30,973 nucleotides of DNA. Origin: a virus (lineage: Duplodnaviria; Caudoviricetes). This document shows positions 1 through 8,077 of the stretch, in pieces. The DNA is taken from positions 1-30,973 of the IMG/VR virus record IMGVR_UViG_3300032332_000971. The stretch is one strand, 5' to 3'. How positions within the stretch are numbered: position 1 is the first letter of the stretch; each line of letters opens with the position of its first letter. The notes beneath the pieces are model-generated. The model was given only the letters and a program-made list of their open reading frames with translations. It had not been told where the DNA came from and did not search any database. The position numbers and the translations under genes are program-made.

Positions 1-386
1 CCGGAGACCTTAACTTCACCTGTGGGTTCAACCGTTGGGTACTTGTGTCTAAGAATCTGTCCGGTATCCCCGGCAGAAGGGGCAGCAGCCAAGGTCTCTG
101 CAAGAGTAATGGTGTTAGTTGTTACTGAGTAAACTCTAACTTCCTGTCCACTTAAAGCTCCAGAAGTGAACCGGATTACATCTCCGATCTTAGCTGGATG
201 CCCAGATGCTTGAAGTATAGAAGTAGTACAACCAGCATCAAATGATCCGGCGTCCACCTCATAGACATACTGATGAGCAAGGACGCTCAGCCCGTTTTGA
301 AGCTCTCTGACTGGCTCAACGGTAACAAATTGCGCTGATAGCCTATCGTCTTTTTCCTGCGTGCTGTAACCCTTTGGCGTACTCAT
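1..386 (-). CDS. Virion-associated protein, N-terminal part (runs off the window; absent from the ORF track)
   Basis: Manual translation from ATG at 386: MSTPKGYSTQEKDDRLSAQFVTVEPVRELQNGLSVLAHQYVYEVDAG...GDVIRFTSGALSGQEVRVYSVTTNTITLAETLAAAPSAGDT..., open to position 1. SD GGAGAGGGAG upstream. Beta-rich, typical of phage structural proteins. Confidence 0.8.
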   Translation of the reverse strand, partial: MSTPKGYSTQEKDDRLSAQFVTVEPVRELQNGLSVLAHQYVYEVDAGSFDAGCTTSILQASGHPAKIGDVIRFTSGALSGQEVRVYSVTTNTITLAETLAAAPSAGDTGQILRHKYPTVEPTGEVKVS

Positions 387-432
387 TCTGTCTCCCTCTC
401 CCTGCTTCAGCGGGGTCTTAGTGGTTTCTTAA

Positions 433-461
433 ATTGTATTCTGACTTTTGCTTAATGCCAA
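433..461 (-). promoter_or_regulatory. sigma70-type promoter TTGGCA-N17-TACAAT
   Basis: Minus strand reads TTGGCA ttaagcaaaagtcagaa TACAAT in the intergenic gap upstream of the gene starting at 386. Confidence 0.7.
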
Positions 462-1163
462 TTATTCAAACACCAAAAACAACTTCCCAGTCGTTGTGTT
501 GTCTACCTTGAATAGATACTTTTCCGCCGCCCCGTTTATCCAAAACCCCTCTGATCCAGTAGTCAGTAAAGAAGTCGTCTTGAGGCCTTCGGCGGGATAG
601 CCTGAGATCCAAAAGGTCTCGTTCCCGTAATAGGACGAATAGGCGGCCGGAGGGTGGTAAGGTGTTGGGAATGCTGCGTTTGCCGTGTGGCCGTTAACCC
701 AGAAGGTCTCGTCGTTCGTGTTGTAGAGATCAAGGTCTCCCGTTAGGCCGCGTGACGGCTCCCCATTGACCCAGTATTTCTCCTCACCCCACGGCGAGAA
801 GTCGGGCGCTGGCGGGACATAAGGCGGCGTATAGGGATGAGTGTCAGCAGTCGGAAACGTGTCTCCGTCTGTTGCGCCATCAAGCCAATATAGTTCTTCG
901 CTCGTATTAACGACTTCTGGATCATCGACTAGCCCTTGAGATGGGTTACCGTCTACCCAGTAGGTCTCAGAACCCCAAGGACTCGGGCTTGGCGCTGGCG
1001 GAACGTAAGGCGGAACGTAGGGGATAGTGTCAGCGAGTAGAAGCAGGTCTCCCGCCGATGCCCCGTCGACCCAGTAAAGCTCAGTGTTCGGCGTCGCCGG
1101 AGCTGGCGCGTCGGGTTCAATCCCCGCAAATGGTTGCCCGTCGAACCAGTAAACTTCACTCAC
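462..1163 (-). CDS. Pro/acidic-rich tandem-repeat protein (8x E-x-[YF]-W-x-[DNS]-G), probably virion-associated
   Basis: 233-aa ORF whose start overlaps the upstream stop. The ~62-aa internal repeat is visible in the protein and in the DNA (186-bp period). Confidence 0.75.
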   Translation of the reverse strand: MSEVYWFDGQPFAGIEPDAPAPATPNTELYWVDGASAGDLLLLADTIPYVPPYVPPAPSPSPWGSETYWVDGNPSQGLVDDPEVVNTSEELYWLDGATDGDTFPTADTHPYTPPYVPPAPDFSPWGEEKYWVNGEPSRGLTGDLDLYNTNDETFWVNGHTANAAFPTPYHPPAAYSSYYGNETFWISGYPAEGLKTTSLLTTGSEGFWINGAAEKYLFKVDNTTTGKLFLVFE

Positions 1164-3670
1164 ACAATAGTTACCGTCCAGAGGTCAATGTTTGCCCATC
1201 CAGTCGTTCCGTCACAAGTTGCGACAATTCGGACCACACCGTTATCGGTGATAGCCGGAGTCGTCCCCGTGATCTTTTCAAAAGTTCCGAAAGCATAGGC
1301 CGATGAGGTCGCCAGAATCGTGTCGGACGCAATCCCGATTGCAGGATCAGCTAGAAGTTTAATCTGAACCTCGTTTCCGTTGTAGGGCGTGCCGTCTGCA
1401 ATCGTCGACTTGCGAACCCAGACCGATACAAGCGCGCTCCCGCCCGTTGGGACAGCAATACGCTTTTCTTGAGAGTATAGCTTGTTAGTCGCATCAGTAG
1501 GCGTTAGCCGTTGCGATGGGGCTTGCACCTTGTAAAAGGAGTTGTCGAGGGTAATCGTCCCAAACTTCTTAAACATTTTATGCACGCCAGCGGTCTGCTC
1601 ATGGCGAGCCGATCCCACCGCACTTCCCGGCGTGTAGAGCGATTGATTTGAAAACTCAGTTGTTGATCCGAAAAGGCAGTTTCGGAATGTCGCGTTGTGT
1701 TCGTTTCGAGGGCAAACGTCCCGCACGTCAGACACAGAGTGGGGAAGAACAACGCCTATTTGCGAATCATCCACATAAAGATTTTCAACATGGTTGTTAA
1801 AAGCAATCCCGTTCGGCTGATCGTACCCTGCTTCGTTATAGACCAAGAAATTTTTAATGAACGAAGAGAATACAAAGCCTATTGTTACGCCCCGAGTAGC
1901 GTTTCCGAAGATCCGGCCACCGTTCAGAATCGTATTGATACAGGAACCAGTGGTGACCGACCCAAGAATCAACCCTTCTGCCGCAGAACGATAGGACAGG
2001 ATATTACTCACTAGAGAGTTAGATTCCGTAAGTTCTGAGATCGTGTTGATCGTGATATTTGTTCCTACGCATGAGTAGAAAGTAAGATCACTAATCGTCA
2101 GTGTCGCACCCGTTGCAAGCGAGGTAACCGCGAATCCGAGAGTAGAACCGCCCGACCCCACGAGGTTAGTGAACGTCCCAATGTTGGCGTTAATGTTGTA
2201 TATTGCGGTCGAATACATCCCAGTCCCGCCGATAGCGGCGCAGTCATTGACGACCATCGTTCCAGAGGTAACCGTTGTCGGAAGGTTAACTGCTGCAAGG
2301 TTACACCGGTAGAATACCGTGTTTTGAATGTTGCAGACCGGAGTCGCAATGTTAACCGAGACGCCCGTTGCCGATGCTGCCTCGAAGTTAGCGATCGCGC
2401 ATCCGGTCATGTTGAACGCGCCCGAGACAATATTCAGGTCAATTCCGCGAGAACCTGCCGTACCAGAACCCATGTACTGAAATTGGGTATTGGTGAAGTT
2501 GATCGTCGCGCTCGTGGCCGGAGTCACGATGTAGGTATTGAGCACCGTCGATACTCCAAGAATCTTCACGTTTCGCGTCAGATTAATGACGTGCGCTCGT
2601 GCTTGGGTTGCGCTTGCCGACCCGTCGTGCACGTTGGATAGTGCCGACACTGGAACACTTGTACCTGTCGCGTCTGCCGAAAGAGTAACCGTTTCCGCAA
2701 AGGCGATACTGTTTCTAGCTGTGGCCGCTACAGCCACCACATCACCAGATAACCAACCCGTTGAGTCGTTCGTCGTGAGAGTTGTTCCGCCCGGAATAAC
2801 GCTTGAAGCAAGCGTGCTTTTGGTCGTCTTTGGAGTTCCGTAGGTCGTGACAATCCCGTTCTGACGAATGTTTAACCCGTATTGAATGTTGGACGCGACG
2901 TCAAAAGTCAGCGTTGCAGAGGAGCTTGAGTCCATTGGGGAGACAATAGTCCCCATCGTGAAGGTTCCAAGCTCGTTGACCACAAGATTGCCATCAAGGT
3001 TAAGTCTGTAAGCTGCCCCAGCCGCAGTTGAAAAGGCGAGCACTCCCTTTGCGCTTACTTCAATGGCTGCCGCACCTGCTACGTTCGGTCCGAAGACCGT
3101 CGCTGCGGTGTTGTTCACCGTGACCGTCAAGGTCTGGTAGACGTTAAAGCCTGAATTTTCACCAGCGACCACGATCTGGTCTGCTGCTGCTGGCGCTTGG
3201 TTCGTCGTGGTGACGAGGCCAAAGGTCCAGTTTGCTGCGGTAGCGTTTTTCCGGTAAAGGGTCGCCGACGAAGCGATGTTTGACGCAATTTCAACCCGAT
3301 ATGTTGTGGCTGTTGCAAGCGTCGCATTGGCTGGAAACTTGAGGTAAACCCAACCAATGCCGTTCTGCATGTCGAGAACGTCAATCGTGACGGTCGTGTT
3401 CGCTACTACTGCGGCACCGGTGACGTTATAGATCCGCGCCGTCAAAGTATTGCCAGCGGTACTTACCCGGGAAGCCACCTTAATCAGCATTCCTTGAAGG
3501 GTCTGGATAGTAGGCACCGTAAACGTGGCAGACGCTTGGAATGCGGTAGTCAGAGCCGTGGTTCCAACCTCTTGCGTAGCTAAAAGTTGAGTCCAAGTAG
3601 TGGCCTCTACAACTCCCCACGTTGCCGCTGTAGTGAAGTTTCCTGATGCGACGTTACTGAGAACAGCCAT
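1160..3670 (-). CDS. G8-domain plus right-handed beta-helix protein (tailspike/depolymerase-like)
   Basis: 836 aa, Thr/Ala/Gly/Asn-rich. The segment GWLSGDVVAVAAT...AETV...VHDG...RAHVINLTRNVKILG matches the pattern that follows G8 domains, and is followed by parallel beta-helix-like repeats. Confidence 0.7.
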   Translation of the reverse strand: MAVLSNVASGNFTTAATWGVVEATTWTQLLATQEVGTTALTTAFQASATFTVPTIQTLQGMLIKVASRVSTAGNTLTARIYNVTGAAVVANTTVTIDVLDMQNGIGWVYLKFPANATLATATTYRVEIASNIASSATLYRKNATAANWTFGLVTTTNQAPAAADQIVVAGENSGFNVYQTLTVTVNNTAATVFGPNVAGAAAIEVSAKGVLAFSTAAGAAYRLNLDGNLVVNELGTFTMGTIVSPMDSSSSATLTFDVASNIQYGLNIRQNGIVTTYGTPKTTKSTLASSVIPGGTTLTTNDSTGWLSGDVVAVAATARNSIAFAETVTLSADATGTSVPVSALSNVHDGSASATQARAHVINLTRNVKILGVSTVLNTYIVTPATSATINFTNTQFQYMGSGTAGSRGIDLNIVSGAFNMTGCAIANFEAASATGVSVNIATPVCNIQNTVFYRCNLAAVNLPTTVTSGTMVVNDCAAIGGTGMYSTAIYNINANIGTFTNLVGSGGSTLGFAVTSLATGATLTISDLTFYSCVGTNITINTISELTESNSLVSNILSYRSAAEGLILGSVTTGSCINTILNGGRIFGNATRGVTIGFVFSSFIKNFLVYNEAGYDQPNGIAFNNHVENLYVDDSQIGVVLPHSVSDVRDVCPRNEHNATFRNCLFGSTTEFSNQSLYTPGSAVGSARHEQTAGVHKMFKKFGTITLDNSFYKVQAPSQRLTPTDATNKLYSQEKRIAVPTGGSALVSVWVRKSTIADGTPYNGNEVQIKLLADPAIGIASDTILATSSAYAFGTFEKITGTTPAITDNGVVRIVATCDGTTGWANIDLWTVTIV

Positions 3671-3885
3671 TAGATAATCTCCTCAACTACGACTGGGGGG
3701 GTAAGCTCTGCTTCGATCCGAGCGAGTTCTTTCTCTGCTTCGGAGGCCAAGAACTCGGGCGTAATTTCAATAGGCTTTTTATAGACTTTATCAATGCGCT
3801 CACTGACTGGTCCATCTATCAAAATGGTAATAGCGTAATATGTTGGTTCATCTTGTGGATTGATCCACTTGGTCAGCCATTCCAT
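3670..3885 (-). CDS. Hypothetical protein (possible spike chaperone)
   Basis: 71-aa ORF translationally coupled at both ends (TGATG and TAATG overlaps). Confidence 0.7.
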   Translation of the reverse strand: MEWLTKWINPQDEPTYYAITILIDGPVSERIDKVYKKPIEITPEFLASEAEKELARIEAELTPPVVVEEII

Positions 3886-5543
3886 CAGTATCCCCTCACA
3901 ATCGAGATAACGTCCCAGCTAGTAGAATCTGAATTATAGATCGCGCCTAGATAGTCAACCGCATTGGCCGCCGTTGACAAGGAAAGACCGGAGAGATCCG
4001 CACCAAAGTTCCATACCGCAGCAAATGACGGAACCCATCCACCAGTACCGTCCTGTTTGATTTTGAGAATAATCTTCTGCCCGTTGCTTGGGTTGGTCGG
4101 CGCAGCAAAGAGTCTGTTCCCGCCGATTGTAACGGTGAAGGTGTTTCCAAGTGATGCATCAAGCGTGATCGTTGCCGCATCTGTCAATGGAATGACGGCT
4201 ACCTCAAGGGAGGTGCTCATCTGTCCAGTAGACGTCATCGGGGCTGAACTTAGATCAGTATATGCGCCAGTAGTAGCTACCGTTGCAAAACCCGTTGTGC
4301 TCGAAGCTGGAACGCTTGCTAACAGCGTTTTCGTAATGCTGCCAGTATATCCGCCCAAGTAGTCAGTAGAGAGGTCTACCTGCCATGCCGGAGTAAACCC
4401 ACCGACGATCGTACCGTTGATAAACTCAGTCGCGCCGAATAGCTCGCAGTCAAGCATCCGAACCGTGCATTGACCCTCTGCCTCAATTCGAGAAACGATC
4501 TTGGAGTTTTCAAAGATGGATGATCCACCTTGGATGGTCGGACTTACGATCACAAGCGTTTCGTCGAAAATGTTAACCCCACCGACGATCGTACCGCCAG
4601 CGAGCGTCGATTCGGTCATCTGAATCAATACGCTTCCGTTGTCGTCATCTCGAAGGATTGTCCCGATAGTTCTTTGAAATCCGATCACACCGGACGGAAC
4701 TCCTACAGCGTCAATATAGAAGCTTCCGAAGTTCACTCCTGTAAAGTCAATATAAACACCGGCGCCAGTTGGAGTGCAGGTAAACCCGTTAGGAATGTTG
4801 GTGCTGCCAGACCCAAAGCCTACAATCTTAATCTCGTTCGGGATGGAGATAGTTGGTTCTGTATATGTGCCGGGATAAAGAAAGATCGTCGTTCCTGCAG
4901 GAGCGCCAGTTACCGCTGCCGCAATTGTTTGGTAAGGCAGCGCAATACTTCCGGTCGCTGTGGCATCTGATCCGTTTGTTGCGACATACCTGATCCCAGA
5001 TTGTGCAAGCTGTCCGACTGCAAGCGCGTCATTCGTTGCAAGACCGTTGCCGATACTTTTTAAAATTTTACCACTATGGAAAAGATCCCCTACAGGATTA
5101 AGGGTCAAATCCCCATTCACATCTAAATATGTGTCACCAGTATCTACTCGTAAAACAGCTTGTCCTGTTCCCGGAGTGTCCCAAAGATCAACACGTCCAA
5201 GAGATAGGTTTGATCGAAGGGTTGTCCCTACTGTAAGCTTTACGCTTTGAGAGTCAAACTCGCCCTTGTAAGTTCCCGATTCGGATTTCAATCCAGCCGC
5301 TGCGTTTACCAAGTTAGCATTATCTATGTCCTGATTCCCCATATCGAGGTTTCCAGTCATAGTGCTAGATCCATCAGTTGCGACGAAATAACCACCGCCG
5401 CCAGTGACAGTCAGAAGCTTCTCTTCAGTGCTATCAGACCTACGGATATAGAGATCAGAGTCATCCTTTGCGAACAGGCTAACCTGTCCTACCGGTGGAT
5501 CTGTCTCTGCCGTTGTGTTCTCTGTAAGCCTAATTCTAGCCAT
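3885..5543 (-). CDS. Pectin-lyase-fold (beta-helix) virion spike/fibre protein
   Basis: 552 aa. YVATNGSD...GSIALPYQTIAAAV...GTTIFLYPGTYTE is the classic start of a pectate-lyase/DUF1565-like beta-helix. C-terminal beta domain with QDGTGG..W motif. Confidence 0.75.
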   Translation of the reverse strand: MARIRLTENTTAETDPPVGQVSLFAKDDSDLYIRRSDSTEEKLLTVTGGGGYFVATDGSSTMTGNLDMGNQDIDNANLVNAAAGLKSESGTYKGEFDSQSVKLTVGTTLRSNLSLGRVDLWDTPGTGQAVLRVDTGDTYLDVNGDLTLNPVGDLFHSGKILKSIGNGLATNDALAVGQLAQSGIRYVATNGSDATATGSIALPYQTIAAAVTGAPAGTTIFLYPGTYTEPTISIPNEIKIVGFGSGSTNIPNGFTCTPTGAGVYIDFTGVNFGSFYIDAVGVPSGVIGFQRTIGTILRDDDNGSVLIQMTESTLAGGTIVGGVNIFDETLVIVSPTIQGGSSIFENSKIVSRIEAEGQCTVRMLDCELFGATEFINGTIVGGFTPAWQVDLSTDYLGGYTGSITKTLLASVPASSTTGFATVATTGAYTDLSSAPMTSTGQMSTSLEVAVIPLTDAATITLDASLGNTFTVTIGGNRLFAAPTNPSNGQKIILKIKQDGTGGWVPSFAAVWNFGADLSGLSLSTAANAVDYLGAIYNSDSTSWDVISIVRGY

Positions 5544-5759
5544 TTAGACCACCAATAAAGTTGAACCAGCGTCAATCTGTACAGCCCCAGCCGTCGTCAC
5601 TTGTAACTCTACGTTACACTCGACTTGAGCGCCACTCGGAAGCGTTAAAACTCCAGCTGTAACCGTAGTCCCGCCACCACTTACCGCAATCGTTGGAATG
5701 CGGATAAGATTAAAATCACCCCGGATGGCATCAAAGATCATCCGGTAGGTGCCACTCAT
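5544..5759 (-). CDS. Small virion-associated hypothetical protein
   Basis: ATG at 5759 forms an ATGA overlap with the upstream stop (preferred over 5771). Beta-rich, 71 aa. Confidence 0.65.
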   Translation of the reverse strand: MSGTYRMIFDAIRGDFNLIRIPTIAVSGGGTTVTAGVLTLPSGAQVECNVELQVTTAGAVQIDAGSTLLVV

Positions 5760-6040
5760 GTAATGGTCCACCCAGAGATGTTAGACTTTGCCGCACTCGT
5801 GTAAGTAATTGTCACGGTTTTGATCACAGTAGCCGCTTTTGAGTAAGTGTAAACCTCGGTCACAGCGTTAGGATAGGTCACGGTCGCAGAATCATAATCT
5901 GCGGGAGCCGATGCAGTACCTACTACCCCTCCAATCAAAAACACATCCGATCCACCTTTTTGCCCAGATTTAGTTCCAGTCTGAACAAAAGCTGAAGATG
6001 GAGATGAATTTAATTGTGGGTATAGGTCAACCTTCGACAT
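5756..6040 (-). CDS. Small virion-associated hypothetical protein
   Basis: 94 aa, coupled to both neighbours. Thr/Tyr-rich beta C-terminus (YPNAVTEVYTY...TVTITY). Confidence 0.7.
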   Translation of the reverse strand: MSKVDLYPQLNSSPSSAFVQTGTKSGQKGGSDVFLIGGVVGTASAPADYDSATVTYPNAVTEVYTYSKAATVIKTVTITYTSAAKSNISGWTIT

Positions 6041-6372
6041 TAGCGCCTCTTATCGTAGCAGAGAGATGCCGCAACCGTCGCGGTCTGTGCCCCGCCAGCC
6101 ATTGCCCACGAGATTCTCACATGAGCCATTGGAGTTGGGATAGCCAAAACAGAATTGCCGGCAGCTGTTAGATTCACCGTTGCGATCTGCGCAAAATTTG
6201 TTCCATTAGGACTCGATTGCACGTTTACCGTCAGAGTCGTTGTGCTGAACGCAGATACATTTAAGAATAAAACATGATCTACTGTAAATTGTTCAAGGAC
6301 TACTGCTGAAGTAGTACCAGATGCACCAGTCAGTGCTCCCAGTGTAAAGTTTAGTTTGCTAACTGATGCCAT
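6040..6372 (-). CDS. Small beta-sandwich virion protein (possible capsid decoration)
   Basis: 110 aa, SD AGGAG. VNVQSSPNGTNF motif typical of small phage jelly-roll proteins. Confidence 0.7.
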   Translation of the reverse strand: MASVSKLNFTLGALTGASGTTSAVVLEQFTVDHVLFLNVSAFSTTTLTVNVQSSPNGTNFAQIATVNLTAAGNSVLAIPTPMAHVRISWAMAGGAQTATVAASLCYDKRR

Positions 6373-6389
6373 GATTTCTCCTTTTGAGG

Positions 6390-6469
6390 AGGCCCGGGGG
6401 GGAATCGAACCCCCACACGCTCCCGACCGTCGACCTGTCGGGCACGCTCTGCCATTAAGCTACCGGGCC
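6390..6469 (-). tRNA. tRNA-like RNA with a non-canonical anticodon arm (isotype undetermined)
   Basis: Minus strand: GGCCCGG TA GCTT AATGGCA GAGC GTG CCCGAC AGGTCGACG GTCGGG AGCGTGT GGGGG TTCGATT CCCCC CCGGGCC T. Perfect 7-bp acceptor stem, U8-A9, D arm with GG, and 5-bp T stem with TTCGATT. The middle region is 31 nt. No encoded CCA (CCT follows). Confidence 0.75.
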
Positions 6470-6482
6470 GTCCTTTATTCTC

Positions 6483-6800
6483 TTAGTATTCGTCTGCGGC
6501 GTCAAAGCCCAAGATCTGAATATGGAATCCAGTATCTTGTGGGCTTGCGCCATCTACGGCAAGGGCAGTGATTTCCACTGAGGTCGCAGTAGATGCGCTT
6601 ACAACCAACATTCCCGGTTCAGTTGGAACAACCAACACAACAGGAACGCGAGCGAACCCTTGAGCAAGAGTCACCGTGTAAACACTTGCAGCAACAGAGA
6701 CAGAAACATCGTATGATCCGACGTCAATGGTCCCATCCGATTGAATGACTGCATGAATAGCGCGAGGGAGACGTTGAGGAGATTTAATAGAGCGAAGCAT
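6483..6800 (-). CDS. Small virion protein directly downstream of the capsid gene (head decoration-like)
   Basis: 105 aa, SD AAAGGA, beta-rich; position immediately after the MCP. Confidence 0.7.
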   Translation of the reverse strand: MLRSIKSPQRLPRAIHAVIQSDGTIDVGSYDVSVSVAASVYTVTLAQGFARVPVVLVVPTEPGMLVVSASTATSVEITALAVDGASPQDTGFHIQILGFDAADEY

Positions 6801-6829
6801 GATAAATCCTTTCTGGTTAAACTCAGGTT

Positions 6830-6868
6830 AAAAAAACGGGGGAAGGAAATGCGAGTAACCTTCCCCCG
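6830..6868 (-). terminator. Intrinsic terminator after the major capsid gene
   Basis: 10-bp stem CGGGGGAAGG/CCTTCCCCCG followed by T7 on the minus strand. Confidence 0.85.
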
Positions 6869-6884
6869 GACAGCTCACTGGAGA

Positions 6885-8066
6885 TTAGACAGCGAGTCCG
6901 TCGATCTTGCCGTGGAAACTTGGGGCGGCATACATTTCATAATAGCCCCCAAATCTGGCCTCGTAAGAATCGGACGAAGTACGGAGGAAAACAGACCCGT
7001 CATCGTCGAACCAGCCAAAGTCAGGTCTATGATGCAGTGCGATATGATTATCATTGAGGAAGTACATGCGATCGTCTTCCATGAAACGCTCTGGGAACAC
7101 GCCGACCGGACCAGCGGACGACATGAACTCTACGCCACGGAAAGAAACTTTCCCCTGAAGCTCAGGAGAACGTGGTTCCACGATGTACTGCTTCTGGTCC
7201 TCCAAAATATTGAGCAATTTTTTGTACTGGGTAAAAGAGGTAATGATGAGGTTCGGCACCTTACCACACTTGCGCTGCACTTCTAACATAGCGTCGTTCA
7301 TGATGTCAGTGGTGAGACCTGCCCCACCTGCTGCAATCTGAGACGATGCTTGCCAGCGGCGTGCAACAGAGATCCCATACAAAGATCCAGAAGTAGCATC
7401 CAGCACCGACTTGAGGCCGGTAGGATCATTGTTCTTGGAATTTTGCATATAAATTACTTCTCCTGCTGCTGGAGTATGAGCGCCAGAGACAGCCGTCAAG
7501 GTGACGGTTCTGGTCGCTGGAACAACTGCAGTAATTTCAAAAACAGCCGAAAATGAAGCAAGGTTCACATAGTCCTTCTCTTCAAAGTTAGCTTCTTTCC
7601 AAGTTGCTGCAGAAATAACACAATTCCAAGGGCCTGCACCGCTGACACCACCTACATCGATGGTTCCAAGAGAACCGGTTCCGTCGTTAAACAGAGCACG
7701 GCTAGCGTTGCGCATATAGCTCTCAACACCCTTTTGGACAGCGTACTTGGTCATTTCCACGAACGCGCCTTCAGAGGTAGAGGCAGCTTTCACAGCTTCA
7801 CGCTGAATTTGAATAACAGAGTATACAGACTTAGCAGTGATCTGTGCATCTTCAACTTTAGCCACGTTCGCAGTTGGAAGGGTTCCAGAACCCACGCCGC
7901 CAGCAAAGGACAGAGGCACTGCAATATCCATACGCTTACCCACGAAGTCATAAGACTTCTTTACGCGGGCCAACAGGACGTTAGCAGAGTTGTAGGTATT
8001 TTCAGAAAGTTTGCCGTACTTGACTTTGAACAGATTACTTGCATCTGACAGACTGAAGTTAGCCAT
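6885..8066 (-). CDS. Major capsid protein
   Basis: 393 aa, strong SD AAGGAG. Follows portal and scaffold and is followed by a terminator. Size and sequence features are typical of HK97-fold podovirus coat proteins. Confidence 0.85.
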   Translation of the reverse strand: MANFSLSDASNLFKVKYGKLSENTYNSANVLLARVKKSYDFVGKRMDIAVPLSFAGGVGSGTLPTANVAKVEDAQITAKSVYSVIQIQREAVKAASTSEGAFVEMTKYAVQKGVESYMRNASRALFNDGTGSLGTIDVGGVSGAGPWNCVISAATWKEANFEEKDYVNLASFSAVFEITAVVPATRTVTLTAVSGAHTPAAGEVIYMQNSKNNDPTGLKSVLDATSGSLYGISVARRWQASSQIAAGGAGLTTDIMNDAMLEVQRKCGKVPNLIITSFTQYKKLLNILEDQKQYIVEPRSPELQGKVSFRGVEFMSSAGPVGVFPERFMEDDRMYFLNDNHIALHHRPDFGWFDDDGSVFLRTSSDSYEARFGGYYEMYAAPSFHGKIDGLAV

Positions 8067-8077
8067 TTGTTTCTCCT

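Noticed and set aside
462-1163. RiPP precursor or CRISPR-like array
   Set aside because: The repeats are degenerate at synonymous positions (protein-level), and no modifying enzyme or cas gene is present in the window.
6390-6469. Canonical tRNA-Arg(UCG), tRNA-Cys, or an attachment-site tRNA fragment
   Set aside because: The loop lacks U33 and has the wrong size, identity elements conflict, and no integrase or duplicated 3' end is seen in the window.
6356-6571. 71-aa plus-strand ORF
   Set aside because: Antisense shadow of the tRNA-like element and flanking genes.
6870-6920. Programmed frameshift or readthrough extending the capsid protein
   Set aside because: No slippery heptamer near the TAA stop, and a strong terminator follows.
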